A DNA stretch of 43,582 nucleotides from Sphingomonadales bacterium (GTDB taxonomy: Bacteria > Pseudomonadota > Alphaproteobacteria > Sphingomonadales > JAKSBY01). Below the pieces are notes generated by a model. That model had not been told where the DNA came from. It saw only the letters and a program-made list of their open reading frames with translations, and ran no database searches. The position numbers and the translations under genes are program-made. The stretch is from positions 1 through 43,582 of the forward strand of contig JAKSBY010000290.1 of the NCBI GenBank assembly GCA_022360855.1, given 5' to 3'. Shown piece by piece: positions 25,125 to 33,697 of this stretch; within the stretch, counting starts at the first letter, position 1, and each line of letters starts with the position of its first letter.

Positions 25125-25885
25125 CAAACCCGGCCGCCGTCGATAATCAGCGACTGCCCGGTGATCATCGACGAAGCGTCTGAGGCAAGGAACAGGGCCG
25201 AATTGGAAACGTCCTCCTCGGTAATTGTCGTTTTGAGACTTTGCTGGGCGAGACATTCCTCGATCGCCTCCGGCGTGGCCCAGAGTTTTTTCTGCCGCTC
25301 GGTCAGGACCCAACCCGGAATCAGCACATTGGCCCGGATACCGAAGGGGCCGAGTTCTCGCGCGAGCGCTTTCGTCAGCCCGACGATGCCTGCTTTGGCG
25401 GTCACGTATGACGCATAGCCGGCCAGGCCCAGGATTGCCGAATTGGATCCCACATTAATGATGCTGCCGGCGTGTTCCTTCATGTCCGGCAGGGCGGCCT
25501 GCACCGTGAAGAAATGAGGGCGAAGATTGGTGTTGAGCGAACTGTCCCACTCGTCGACGCTGAATCCTTCGATTTCGTGCCGGTTATCGCGCGCGGCGTT
25601 GTTGATCAAGATTCGAACCGGTCCGAACTCGCTACGTGTTTTTTCCATCGCGGCCTGTAATGCGGCAATGTCCCGGATATCGCAGCGGACATAAAGCGGG
25701 CGGTGCCCGGCGAGCTTTTCAACGGCATCGCACAACGCTTCGGCCGGCTCCCTCGAAAGCGACACGAAGGCGACCTTTGCGCCCTGCTGGGCAAAGGCGG
25801 AAACAAACGATGCGCCGATGCCCGACCCGCCGCCGGTGATAAAAACCGTCTTGTCCCCGAGGTCATGATACTTGGGATAATGCAT
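25124..25885 (-). CDS. SDR-family aldose 1-dehydrogenase (probable galactose 1-dehydrogenase; Caulobacter XylB-like)
   Basis: TGGGSGIG, NNAARDNRH, catalytic YVTAK, PGWVLTERQ. Substrate is inferred from context. Confidence 0.82.
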   Translation of the reverse strand: MHYPKYHDLGDKTVFITGGGSGIGASFVSAFAQQGAKVAFVSLSREPAEALCDAVEKLAGHRPLYVRCDIRDIAALQAAMEKTRSEFGPVRILINNAARDNRHEIEGFSVDEWDSSLNTNLRPHFFTVQAALPDMKEHAGSIINVGSNSAILGLAGYASYVTAKAGIVGLTKALARELGPFGIRANVLIPGWVLTERQKKLWATPEAIEECLAQQSLKTTITEEDVSNSALFLASDASSMITGQSLIIDGGRV

Positions 25886-25985
25886 GGATGCTGCCCGTCA
25901 TTGGTCTCTCGTCAGCTGCCGGCGGTCGACATAATATTGCATGCATCACTGTGCGCGTGTCTGTCGGTCCGCTATCTTGTATTTT

Positions 25986-26001
25986 AATAATATATATCAT
26001 A
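25986..26001. promoter_or_regulatory. Candidate DgoR-like operator, copy 1
   Basis: AATAAT-ATAT-ATCATA between the divergent SDR and lactonase genes. Confidence 0.55.
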
Positions 26002-26085
26002 ACAATAAACCTCAAAAGTAAAGCGGCGACAACCGCCTTTTTGAGTCCCGTCTTCCGGCTTCGCAACACTGCCCAAGGGGTCGAT

Positions 26086-26982
26086 GTGGTCCAGAATTTC
26101 CGAATGATCGCCGAGATACTGGTGGGCAATCTCTTGGGCGAGGGTGTTCAGTGGCGTCCCGGCGACCGGTCTCTTTGGTGGACCGATATTCTCGATAACA
26201 AAATGTATCGCCTGGAGTGGCGGCAAAGATCGGTGCGCCGGATCGATGTGCCCGAGCCGCTGGGATCGTTCGCATTCACCGCAAAGCCGAACACCGTTGC
26301 CGCCGCGTTTGCGACGGGCTTTGCGCTGTTCGACTATGAGAGCGGCGCCCTCGACTGGATACACAGGCCCGACTTTCTCGAAGGCGAAGGCAGGTTCAAC
26401 GACGGCAGGGCCGACCGGCAGGGGCGGTTCTGGTCGGGAACGATGATGGCCTCGCCGAGCCACAAAAGCCCGGCAGCCGGACGGCTCTTTTGCCTCGATG
26501 CGATAGGCGCGGTCAGCGAACACGAACACAATATCGGCATTTCCAATGGGCTGTGCTGGAGCCCGGACGGCGGCACGCTCTATTTCGCCGATTCCCTGCC
26601 CGGAATCATCTACGCATATGATTTCGACGGAACGACCGGCACGCCCAGAAACCGCCGCGTATTTGCCAAGTCGCCCGCCGGTGGCTCGCCTGACGGCGCC
26701 GCCGTCGATGCCGCCGGCAACGTCTGGAGCGCGCAATGGGGGATCGGCAAAGTGTTAGCTTACAATCCCGCCGGCGAGATCATTGCGGAGGTCCCGGTGC
26801 CGGCCAGCCAGCCGACCTGTGTGGCCTTCGGGGGCGAGGACCTTGATCTTCTGTTTGTTACTTCGGCCAAAGACGGGCTAGATAAGGATACGCTCGAAGG
26901 GGAGCCATCGGCGGGAAACGTCTTCGTTTTCGAGACCGGTACGAAGGGGCTGCCGGAGACTATCTATCGGGGCGCGGCTTAG
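26086..26982 (+). CDS. SMP-30/gluconolactonase-family protein (probable galactonolactonase)
   Basis: LGEGVQW, RFNDGRADRQGRFWSGTM, SNGLCWSPDG, PDGAAVDAAGNVW, PTCVAFGG. Probable start is GTG 26086 after AAGGGG; ATG 26104 is an alternative. Confidence 0.9.
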   Translation: MVQNFRMIAEILVGNLLGEGVQWRPGDRSLWWTDILDNKMYRLEWRQRSVRRIDVPEPLGSFAFTAKPNTVAAAFATGFALFDYESGALDWIHRPDFLEGEGRFNDGRADRQGRFWSGTMMASPSHKSPAAGRLFCLDAIGAVSEHEHNIGISNGLCWSPDGGTLYFADSLPGIIYAYDFDGTTGTPRNRRVFAKSPAGGSPDGAAVDAAGNVWSAQWGIGKVLAYNPAGEIIAEVPVPASQPTCVAFGGEDLDLLFVTSAKDGLDKDTLEGEPSAGNVFVFETGTKGLPETIYRGAA

Positions 26983-27011
26983 GGACTTCGACGAATCAGG
27001 GTGAAGCCGAC

Positions 27012-27728
27012 ATGGCGGTATCGACACAGAGCTTGACGCAGCAGATTGTCAACGAATTGGGACTCGCCATTGTGCGGGGCCAATATGGCGCCGAAAACCC
27101 GTTTCCGATCGAGGCGGCTCTGTGCGAGCAGTTCGGTGTCAGCCGAAGCGTGCTTCGTGAAGCGGTCAAGATGCTGACCTCCAAGGGTCTGCTGCGCGCC
27201 CGGCCCCGTCAGGGGACGTCGGTTCAGCCCGAAGAATCGTGGAATCTGCTTGATCCGGACGTGCTCCGATGGCTGCTCGAGCGGAAGTTCTCGCTCGACC
27301 TGTTGAACGATTTCACCGAGGTGCGGCTGGCCGTGGAACCGCAGGCCGCGGCCTTCGCCGCAGTGCGGGCATCGGATGAGCAAAAAGCCGCGATCGAGCA
27401 TGCGCTGAACCGCATGCGGGCCGCGGAGCAAGGCGACGACGACCCGCTTGTGTCCGACATTGCCTTTCACGTCGCCGTGCTCGAAGCCAGCGGCAATCGG
27501 TTCTTCGGGCAGTTGAAGGATCTGGTCGATACCGCGCTCAGGATCAGCATCCGTCTCACCAACCAATATAAAGGCGTGGCCCTGGCCAATGTCGACGATC
27601 ACGGAAAGGTCTACGACGCAATCAAAGCGGCAGATCCGGAGCGCGCGCGGACTGCCAGCCTCTACCTGGTTAAGGAGGCCAACGAGTTGATCGCACGGGC
27701 CCGCGACAGGATGAAGGGCAAAAAATAA
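27012..27728 (+). CDS. dgoR: GntR/FadR-family transcriptional regulator (DgoR-like)
   Basis: Winged HTH (EAALCEQFGVSRSVLREAVKML..KGL...RPRQGT), WNLLDPDVLRW, and an FCD domain (DIAFH...ASGN). Located inside the dgo cluster. Confidence 0.85.
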   Translation: MAVSTQSLTQQIVNELGLAIVRGQYGAENPFPIEAALCEQFGVSRSVLREAVKMLTSKGLLRARPRQGTSVQPEESWNLLDPDVLRWLLERKFSLDLLNDFTEVRLAVEPQAAAFAAVRASDEQKAAIEHALNRMRAAEQGDDDPLVSDIAFHVAVLEASGNRFFGQLKDLVDTALRISIRLTNQYKGVALANVDDHGKVYDAIKAADPERARTASLYLVKEANELIARARDRMKGKK

Positions 27729-27734
27729 GGCCGG

Positions 27735-29864
27735 TCAGTCGACCCTCGTCAGTTCAAACACCAACGCCGTCTCCGGCATCGTCAGCGGCAACTGCACGCC
27801 CGCCTTCATAAGCCCCTCGCCCGAAATCACCGTCTCGGCCGTCGCTTCGAGCGCGTTCGGCGATCGTGCTTGGAGGCCTTGCGGCCAAATCAGTTCCAGC
27901 TTGTATCGAGATGCCGCATCGAGGCCTTCGAAGCGGAAGGACTCGGATACCGACTCGGCCCTGGTCGCCGTCTGGGCATAGGTGAAAAGCCCTTCGCTTC
28001 GATCCTCGGAGACGATACCGAACGCCAGCGCATGGGGTTTGCTCACCAGGCGAAACAGCCGGCCGCCGTGGATCAGAGCCCTCTTTTGCTTGTACAGGTC
28101 CAAAGCGGCGCGCAGGACATCTTCTTCTTCGCCGGTCAATTCTGCCAGATCGAACTCCATGCCCATATGCCCGAAAAGCGCGGCGGCGGCCCTGAACGCC
28201 ATGGAGTGCTGACGATCCGTCACATGACAGAGGCGGGGGCCGATATGCCCGCCCACCACCTCGGGCGGGAAGAAAAACGAAGCCCCGCGCTGAATCTCCA
28301 GCCGGTCGAGGGCGTCGTTGTTGTCTGACGCCCAAATCCGGTCGGTGTGGGCGAGGATGCCATAGTCGGTACGGGCGCCGCCCGACGCACAGCTCTCGAT
28401 CTCGACCGCCGGGTGCTTTGCGCGAAGCGCGGCAAGCAGGTTGTAGAGCGCACGCACCTGCCGGTGACAGGCGGGCCTGCCGTCGCTGCCGGGCTGATTG
28501 ATGTCCCGGTTCATGTCCCATTTCAGATAGGCGATATCGTTGGCCGTGAGCAGCGTGTCGAAGCACGCAAACAGATGGTCCCAAACCGCCTGCCTGGTAA
28601 GGTCGAGCACTAGCTGATCCCGGAACGGCACCGTATCCGTCGTGGTTGCCGACAATATCCAATCGGGGTGCGCCCGGTAGAGGTCGCTGTCGGGGTTGAC
28701 CATTTCCGGTTCTACCCAAAGCCCAAACTCCATGCCGCAGGCCTTCACGTGATCGATCAGGGGGGTGAGCCCGTCGGGATAGATGCTTTCGTCCGGGAGC
28801 CAATCGCCGAGTCCGGCCCGGTCGTGGCGCCGGCCCTTGAACCAGCCGTCGTCCAGGACAAACCGCTCGGCGCCCACGCGCGCGGCCTTTTCGGCCAACG
28901 CCTTGAGCCGGCCCGGGTCGTGATCGAAATAGACCGCTTCCCAGGTGTTGTAATGAACCGGGCGCGGCTTGTTCCGGGCCGCGTCGCTTAAGAGGTGACT
29001 GCGCACATATCGATGAAAGTTTCTCGAAAGCGCCGAGAATCCGTCCGGCGAGAAGGAGGCGTAGAGGACAGGGCTCCGGTAGGACGCGCCCTTTTCCAGC
29101 ACGATCTCGCCCGGCAGTAATAACTCGCCCATTTGCACCAACGCCCGGCCGTCCCACAGCTTCTCCGCGAGGACCCTGTGGTTGCCACTCCAGCCCAGAT
29201 GGAAGCCGAAGGCGGGGCCGGCGCCTTCCGTCGTATGACTGCAATGCGCGAGCAGCCCCGGAAAACTATCGTGTGACGTGCGGCCGCGCGTGTTTTCCCG
29301 CACATAGGCGCCGGTGAATTGCGCGACGGTTTGGCGCTGGAACTCGCCTGACCAGCGTCCGGCGAATCCGGTGAGCGTATCGGCATGCGCAGGTATCGGC
29401 AGGGTGGCGGCCGCACACCAGTCAAGCGTCAGCGGCGCGTCGCCTTCGTTCGTCACCTTGGTTTCGAGGCTTAGTACATCACTGTCGAAATCGAGCGCGA
29501 CGGTGTGATGCAGAACCACCCAATGTACCGGGTCGACGGACCGTATGGAGAGGCGTTGGGAGCTCGCTTCGAGCACGTCGGCCGACGCCGGATCGAAGTC
29601 CCACGCCGCGCCGTGACGGTGCAGGCGGATGCCCTTCGCGCCTGAAAATCCTGACCCAAAGGTAGGGCAAAGCGTGAGCGGGACTTCGACCGAAGCCGAC
29701 CCCTTCGCGGTCTGGCGGACCGCCAAGGCGGCGATCATCCCGGGCGTCGTATGCCGGAGCCTTTCGCCCCAATAGATGAGGGACGGGGAGCGCCCGCCAA
29801 CATCGGCAATAAGCGTCGTATTCTTACTTTCGAGCACATGCCAGTTTTCAGAAGTCCGTGCCAT
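27735..29864 (-). CDS. Alpha-galactosidase, GH36
   Basis: YNTWEAVYF, FVLDDGWF, FGLWVEPEMV, YLKWDMNR (nucleophile), ESCASGGAR, WASDNND (acid/base). No signal peptide. Probable start is ATG 29864. Confidence 0.93.
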   Translation of the reverse strand: MARTSENWHVLESKNTTLIADVGGRSPSLIYWGERLRHTTPGMIAALAVRQTAKGSASVEVPLTLCPTFGSGFSGAKGIRLHRHGAAWDFDPASADVLEASSQRLSIRSVDPVHWVVLHHTVALDFDSDVLSLETKVTNEGDAPLTLDWCAAATLPIPAHADTLTGFAGRWSGEFQRQTVAQFTGAYVRENTRGRTSHDSFPGLLAHCSHTTEGAGPAFGFHLGWSGNHRVLAEKLWDGRALVQMGELLLPGEIVLEKGASYRSPVLYASFSPDGFSALSRNFHRYVRSHLLSDAARNKPRPVHYNTWEAVYFDHDPGRLKALAEKAARVGAERFVLDDGWFKGRRHDRAGLGDWLPDESIYPDGLTPLIDHVKACGMEFGLWVEPEMVNPDSDLYRAHPDWILSATTTDTVPFRDQLVLDLTRQAVWDHLFACFDTLLTANDIAYLKWDMNRDINQPGSDGRPACHRQVRALYNLLAALRAKHPAVEIESCASGGARTDYGILAHTDRIWASDNNDALDRLEIQRGASFFFPPEVVGGHIGPRLCHVTDRQHSMAFRAAAALFGHMGMEFDLAELTGEEEDVLRAALDLYKQKRALIHGGRLFRLVSKPHALAFGIVSEDRSEGLFTYAQTATRAESVSESFRFEGLDAASRYKLELIWPQGLQARSPNALEATAETVISGEGLMKAGVQLPLTMPETALVFELTRVD

Positions 29865-29955
29865 TTTCTGATCTCGTTCCGGATGACCAACAGACACCCA
29901 GGTCTTGTTCCATAAACCGGTCAGTTATGATACTCGCTTGCACAAAACAAGTATT

Positions 29956-29971
29956 AATCATATAAATATTA
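29956..29971. promoter_or_regulatory. Candidate DgoR-like operator, copy 2
   Basis: AATCAT-ATAA-ATATTA between the divergent GH36 and GH42 genes. Its reverse complement shares TAATATTTATATGAT exactly with 33649-33663. Confidence 0.7.
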
Positions 29972-30015
29972 TTATAAAATTCACCCTGCGGGGTAGGCAA
30001 CGAACAAGAGGCCGA

Positions 30016-31983
30016 ATGCTGGGCGTCTGCTATTACCCGGAGCACTGGCCGGAAGATCTTTGGCAGGCCGACGCCGCCGACATGAAGGCGCTCGGTCTCG
30101 ATTACGTGCGGATCGGCGAATTTGCCTGGTCCCGTGTTGAGCCATTGCGCGGGCAGTTCGACTTCGCCTGGCTGGACAGGGGGATCGAGGTGCTGGCCGA
30201 TGCCGGGCTTGCGATCGTCTTCGGCATACCGACGGCAACGCCTCCGAAATGGCTGATCGACGAATTCCCCGAGATTCTACCCGTCGATCCCGAAACCGGT
30301 CGCGTGCGCGGCTTCGGCTCGCGCCGCCATTATGACTTTTCGAGCGAGACCTATCGCACCGAAGCGCTGCGCATCACCGGCGTGCTGGCGAAGCGGTATG
30401 GCGGGCATGACGCGATCGTCGGCTGGCAGACTGATAACGAGCTCTGTTGTCACGACACAGCGCTTAGCGCATCGCAAAGCGCGCGGGCGGGATTCCGGCT
30501 ATGGTGCGAGAAACGCTATGGCTCGGCCAAGGAGCTGAACGAGGCCTGGGGCAATGTCTTCTGGTCGATGGAGTACGGGTCGTTCGACGAGATCGAATTG
30601 CCGGTCGGGGCTGTCACCGAGACCAACCCGGCACATCGGCTGGCCTATCGCCGTTATGCGTCGGACACGGTGGTCGCTTTCCACGACGCGATGGTGGCAA
30701 CCATCCGCGCCCACGCGCCTGGCAGGTGGATCACCCACAACTTTATTCCGAAAGAAGACCTGGCCGTGGACACCTTCGCGCTTGGCGGGCCGCTCGATTT
30801 CGCCAGCTATGACAACTACCCGCTGGGCCGGGCGGATATTGTCTTTGCAGATGCGCCTGCCGAAGTCATGCGCCGCTACATGCGAACGGGTCACCCGGAC
30901 TTCGGACCGTACTACCTCGACGCGACGCGTAGCTTCTCCAAGGGTGACTTCTGGGTAATGGAACAGCAGCCGGGGCCGGTGAACTGGGCACCGCACAACC
31001 CGCGCCCATTGCCGGGCATGGTGCGTTTCTGGTCGCTCGAAGCCTTCGCCCACGGCGCCGCCTGCGTGAGCTACTTTCGCTGGCGCCAGGCGCCCTTCGC
31101 ACAGGAACAGATGCATGGGGCCCTGCGCCGGCCCGACAACTCCAAGGCCACCGCCTGGGATGAGGTCGCGCAGGTGCGAGGCGAAATCGACGCATTGCAC
31201 GTCATCAGCCACAAAAAACAGATATCGCCGGTCGCCCTCGTCACCGACGTGCAGGCGCTCTGGGTCACCGAAATTCAAAGACAGGGACGAGGCTATGATT
31301 TTGCCAGGTTGGAGTTCGCTTATTATTCGGCGCTGCGTCGGCTGGGCATAGATGTGGACTTTATCTCCGCCAAGGCATCGCTTGACGGATACAAGTTGAT
31401 TGTTGTGCCCTGCCTGCCGATCGTCGATGACGAATTCGTCGCGCGCTGTGAAGCGGAGGGCGGCCATATCATCTTTGGCCCGCGCTCCGGCTCCAAAACC
31501 GGCGAATTCAGTATCCCGCAGACGTTGCCGCCCGGCGCGCTGCAGCGGCTGATCCCGATCAGAATCCTGTCCGTCGAAACGCTGCGGCCCGACTGCGCCG
31601 AAGACCTGCATTGGAACGGTAGGGCCTATGATGCGACGATCTGGTGCGAGGAAATCGATGCCGGCGATGCCGATGTGGTCGCCACATTCGCCACCGGCGC
31701 ACCTGCGGTCGTCCGGTCCGGGACGGTCACCTATATCGGCACGGTGACCGATGACGGCTTCCTGCAAGACTTCTTGCGCGCCGCCTGCGCCGAAGCCGGG
31801 ATCCCGACGCTGGAATTGCCGCAGGACCTGCGCATCTGCCGCCGCGGCGGTCTTGAATTCGCGTTCAACTACGCCGCGGAGCCGCAGACGGTGCCGGCGC
31901 CGGAAGACGCGATTTTTGAACTGGGCGGGCGGGAGCTTGGCCCCCATGATGTCGCGGTTTGGCGTAGGCCCCAAAACCGCTAG
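30016..31983 (+). CDS. Beta-galactosidase, GH42
   Basis: MLGVCYYPEHW, RIGEFAWS, PTATPPKW, WQTDNE (acid/base), WVMEQQPGPVNW (nucleophile), YFRWRQ..FAQEQMH. ATG 30016 follows AAGAGG. Confidence 0.94.
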   Translation: MLGVCYYPEHWPEDLWQADAADMKALGLDYVRIGEFAWSRVEPLRGQFDFAWLDRGIEVLADAGLAIVFGIPTATPPKWLIDEFPEILPVDPETGRVRGFGSRRHYDFSSETYRTEALRITGVLAKRYGGHDAIVGWQTDNELCCHDTALSASQSARAGFRLWCEKRYGSAKELNEAWGNVFWSMEYGSFDEIELPVGAVTETNPAHRLAYRRYASDTVVAFHDAMVATIRAHAPGRWITHNFIPKEDLAVDTFALGGPLDFASYDNYPLGRADIVFADAPAEVMRRYMRTGHPDFGPYYLDATRSFSKGDFWVMEQQPGPVNWAPHNPRPLPGMVRFWSLEAFAHGAACVSYFRWRQAPFAQEQMHGALRRPDNSKATAWDEVAQVRGEIDALHVISHKKQISPVALVTDVQALWVTEIQRQGRGYDFARLEFAYYSALRRLGIDVDFISAKASLDGYKLIVVPCLPIVDDEFVARCEAEGGHIIFGPRSGSKTGEFSIPQTLPPGALQRLIPIRILSVETLRPDCAEDLHWNGRAYDATIWCEEIDAGDADVVATFATGAPAVVRSGTVTYIGTVTDDGFLQDFLRAACAEAGIPTLELPQDLRICRRGGLEFAFNYAAEPQTVPAPEDAIFELGGRELGPHDVAVWRRPQNR

Positions 31984-31999
31984 AATTCGGAGACGCCCA

Positions 32000-33424
32000 A
32001 TGTCCCTACAAACCGTCCAGGTCGCCGTATTTGTACTGTTCACCGCGCTGATTGCGCTGGCGACCTATTTGAAGTGCCGGGGGACACGGGCCGCGGCGGA
32101 CTCCAACAAGGAGTATTTTCTGGCCGGCGGCGGCCTGTCGTGGATGTTTGTCGCCGGTTCGATCACGCTGACCAATCTCAGCACCGATCAGCTCGTCGGC
32201 ATGAACGGCAATCAGATGGCGCTCCTGGCATGGTGGGAGTTCGCCGCTTTCGCCGGGCTCATCATCCTCGCCAAGGTCTTTCTGCCGGTCTATTACCGGA
32301 ACAACTGCACGACCACGACCGAGCTCTTGGAGAAGCGTTACAACGACCCGCATATCCGGGCGACGGTCTCGGTCATGTTCCTGTTGGGCAATATCTTCAT
32401 CTTCCTGCCCGCGATGCTGTATGGCGGCTCGCTTTTCATGAAATCCATGTTCGGCATCGACGCCCCGATCATGCTGCTGGCGACATTGTTCGCCGTGGTG
32501 GGCGCCGCCTACGCCATCTTTGGCGGCCTCCGGGCGGTGGCGGTTTCCGACACCTACAGTGGCATCATACTCTTGAGCATGGGGCTTTTGGTCGTGTTCC
32601 TGGCGGTCGAGGCGATCGACTTCGATTTCAGCGGTATTCCGGCCGAGCGGCTGACGTTGATCGGCAGCGACGACAGCCCGATCCCATGGCACACTTTGCT
32701 GACGGGCATGATCTTCATCCAGATCTTCTACTGGAGCACCAATCAGACGATAACACAGCGCGCCATGGCGTCACCGACGCTGCAGGAAGCGCAGAAGGGC
32801 GTGTTTGCAGCAGCCGGAATACGGCTCTTGATCATACCCGCCATGATCGTGGTGCCGGGGATCGTTTCCTACAAACTATACGGCGACATCGGCGACGCGG
32901 CCTATGGCCGGATCGTCGGCGATGTCTTGCCGGTCTGGTTGTCGGGGGCGTTTGCGGCGGCGATTGCTGCGGCGGTGCTCACCAGCTTCAATAGCGTTCT
33001 CAATTCGTCCACCGCGCTCTACGTTTGCGACATCCACGAGAAGTACATCAACCCCAATCCCAGGGTTAAGGTACTCAGCGGCTGGGTCACCGGGGTCTTC
33101 GTTCTTATTGCCCTCGCTCTTGTGCCGTTCTACGACGGCACCGAGAGCATCATCAATATCGTGCAACAGCTCTACGGCCTGTTGAGCATGCCGATTCTCT
33201 CGACATTCCTGGTCGGCCTCCTATTCAACAATGTCGACGCACGGGCGATGATCCTGGCAATGGTGTCGGGAGCGCTGCTCTATGGGGCCTTCTCCTTCGG
33301 GTGGGAGCCGCTTCACTACATCCACCTGATGTTTACCACGCTGGTCTTCTGCATTGCCGTCGCCCTCGCCACCAACCGGCTGATCTTCGGCCGACGGGCA
33401 TCGCCGGTGGCGATGGGAGCCTGA
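32000..33424 (+). CDS. Sodium:solute symporter (SSS/SLC5, YidK-like sugar transporter)
   Basis: YFLAGGGLSW..VAGSITLTNLSTDQLVG, FGGLRAVAVSD, YWSTNQTITQRAM and many TM helices. ATG 32000 follows GGAG. Confidence 0.92.
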   Translation: MSLQTVQVAVFVLFTALIALATYLKCRGTRAAADSNKEYFLAGGGLSWMFVAGSITLTNLSTDQLVGMNGNQMALLAWWEFAAFAGLIILAKVFLPVYYRNNCTTTTELLEKRYNDPHIRATVSVMFLLGNIFIFLPAMLYGGSLFMKSMFGIDAPIMLLATLFAVVGAAYAIFGGLRAVAVSDTYSGIILLSMGLLVVFLAVEAIDFDFSGIPAERLTLIGSDDSPIPWHTLLTGMIFIQIFYWSTNQTITQRAMASPTLQEAQKGVFAAAGIRLLIIPAMIVVPGIVSYKLYGDIGDAAYGRIVGDVLPVWLSGAFAAAIAAAVLTSFNSVLNSSTALYVCDIHEKYINPNPRVKVLSGWVTGVFVLIALALVPFYDGTESIINIVQQLYGLLSMPILSTFLVGLLFNNVDARAMILAMVSGALLYGAFSFGWEPLHYIHLMFTTLVFCIAVALATNRLIFGRRASPVAMGA

Positions 33425-33579
33425 TCGGCCGACCGACCGGCCAGCCCGCAACAACCGATTCTCCTTCCCGGAGCCCTGATCGTGCCCGCGGTACGGTTGG
33501 GACTCCTGAGGGGTTTCCTAACCAGAAGATGTGGCTTTTTTGCCAATACCCCCTGCGATTCAATAACGCCCTATACCAA

Positions 33580-33595
33580 TAACATATTGATATTA
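33580..33595. promoter_or_regulatory. Candidate DgoR-like operator, copy 3
   Basis: TAACAT-ATTG-ATATTA upstream of the TonB-dependent receptor promoter. Confidence 0.5.
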
Positions 33596-33635
33596 CTTAT
33601 TAAAAAGGCGGGGCTCTCTGAAGCGATGGAGAAGG

Positions 33636-33664
33636 TTGACAATATACGTAATATTTATATGATA
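33636..33664 (+). promoter_or_regulatory. Sigma70 promoter of the TonB-dependent receptor, with operator copy 4 over the -10 box
   Basis: TTGACA at 33636-33641, a 16-bp spacer and TATGAT at 33658-33663. Operator TAATAT-TTAT-ATGATA at 33649-33664. Confidence 0.7.
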
Positions 33665-33697
33665 ATTAGTGGATAAAAAAATAGGGGAGGACAAGAA

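Noticed and set aside
33495-33540. Imperfect hairpin after the symporter gene as a terminator
   Set aside because: The stem needs G-U pairs and bulges, and the T-run is not adjacent; support is too weak.
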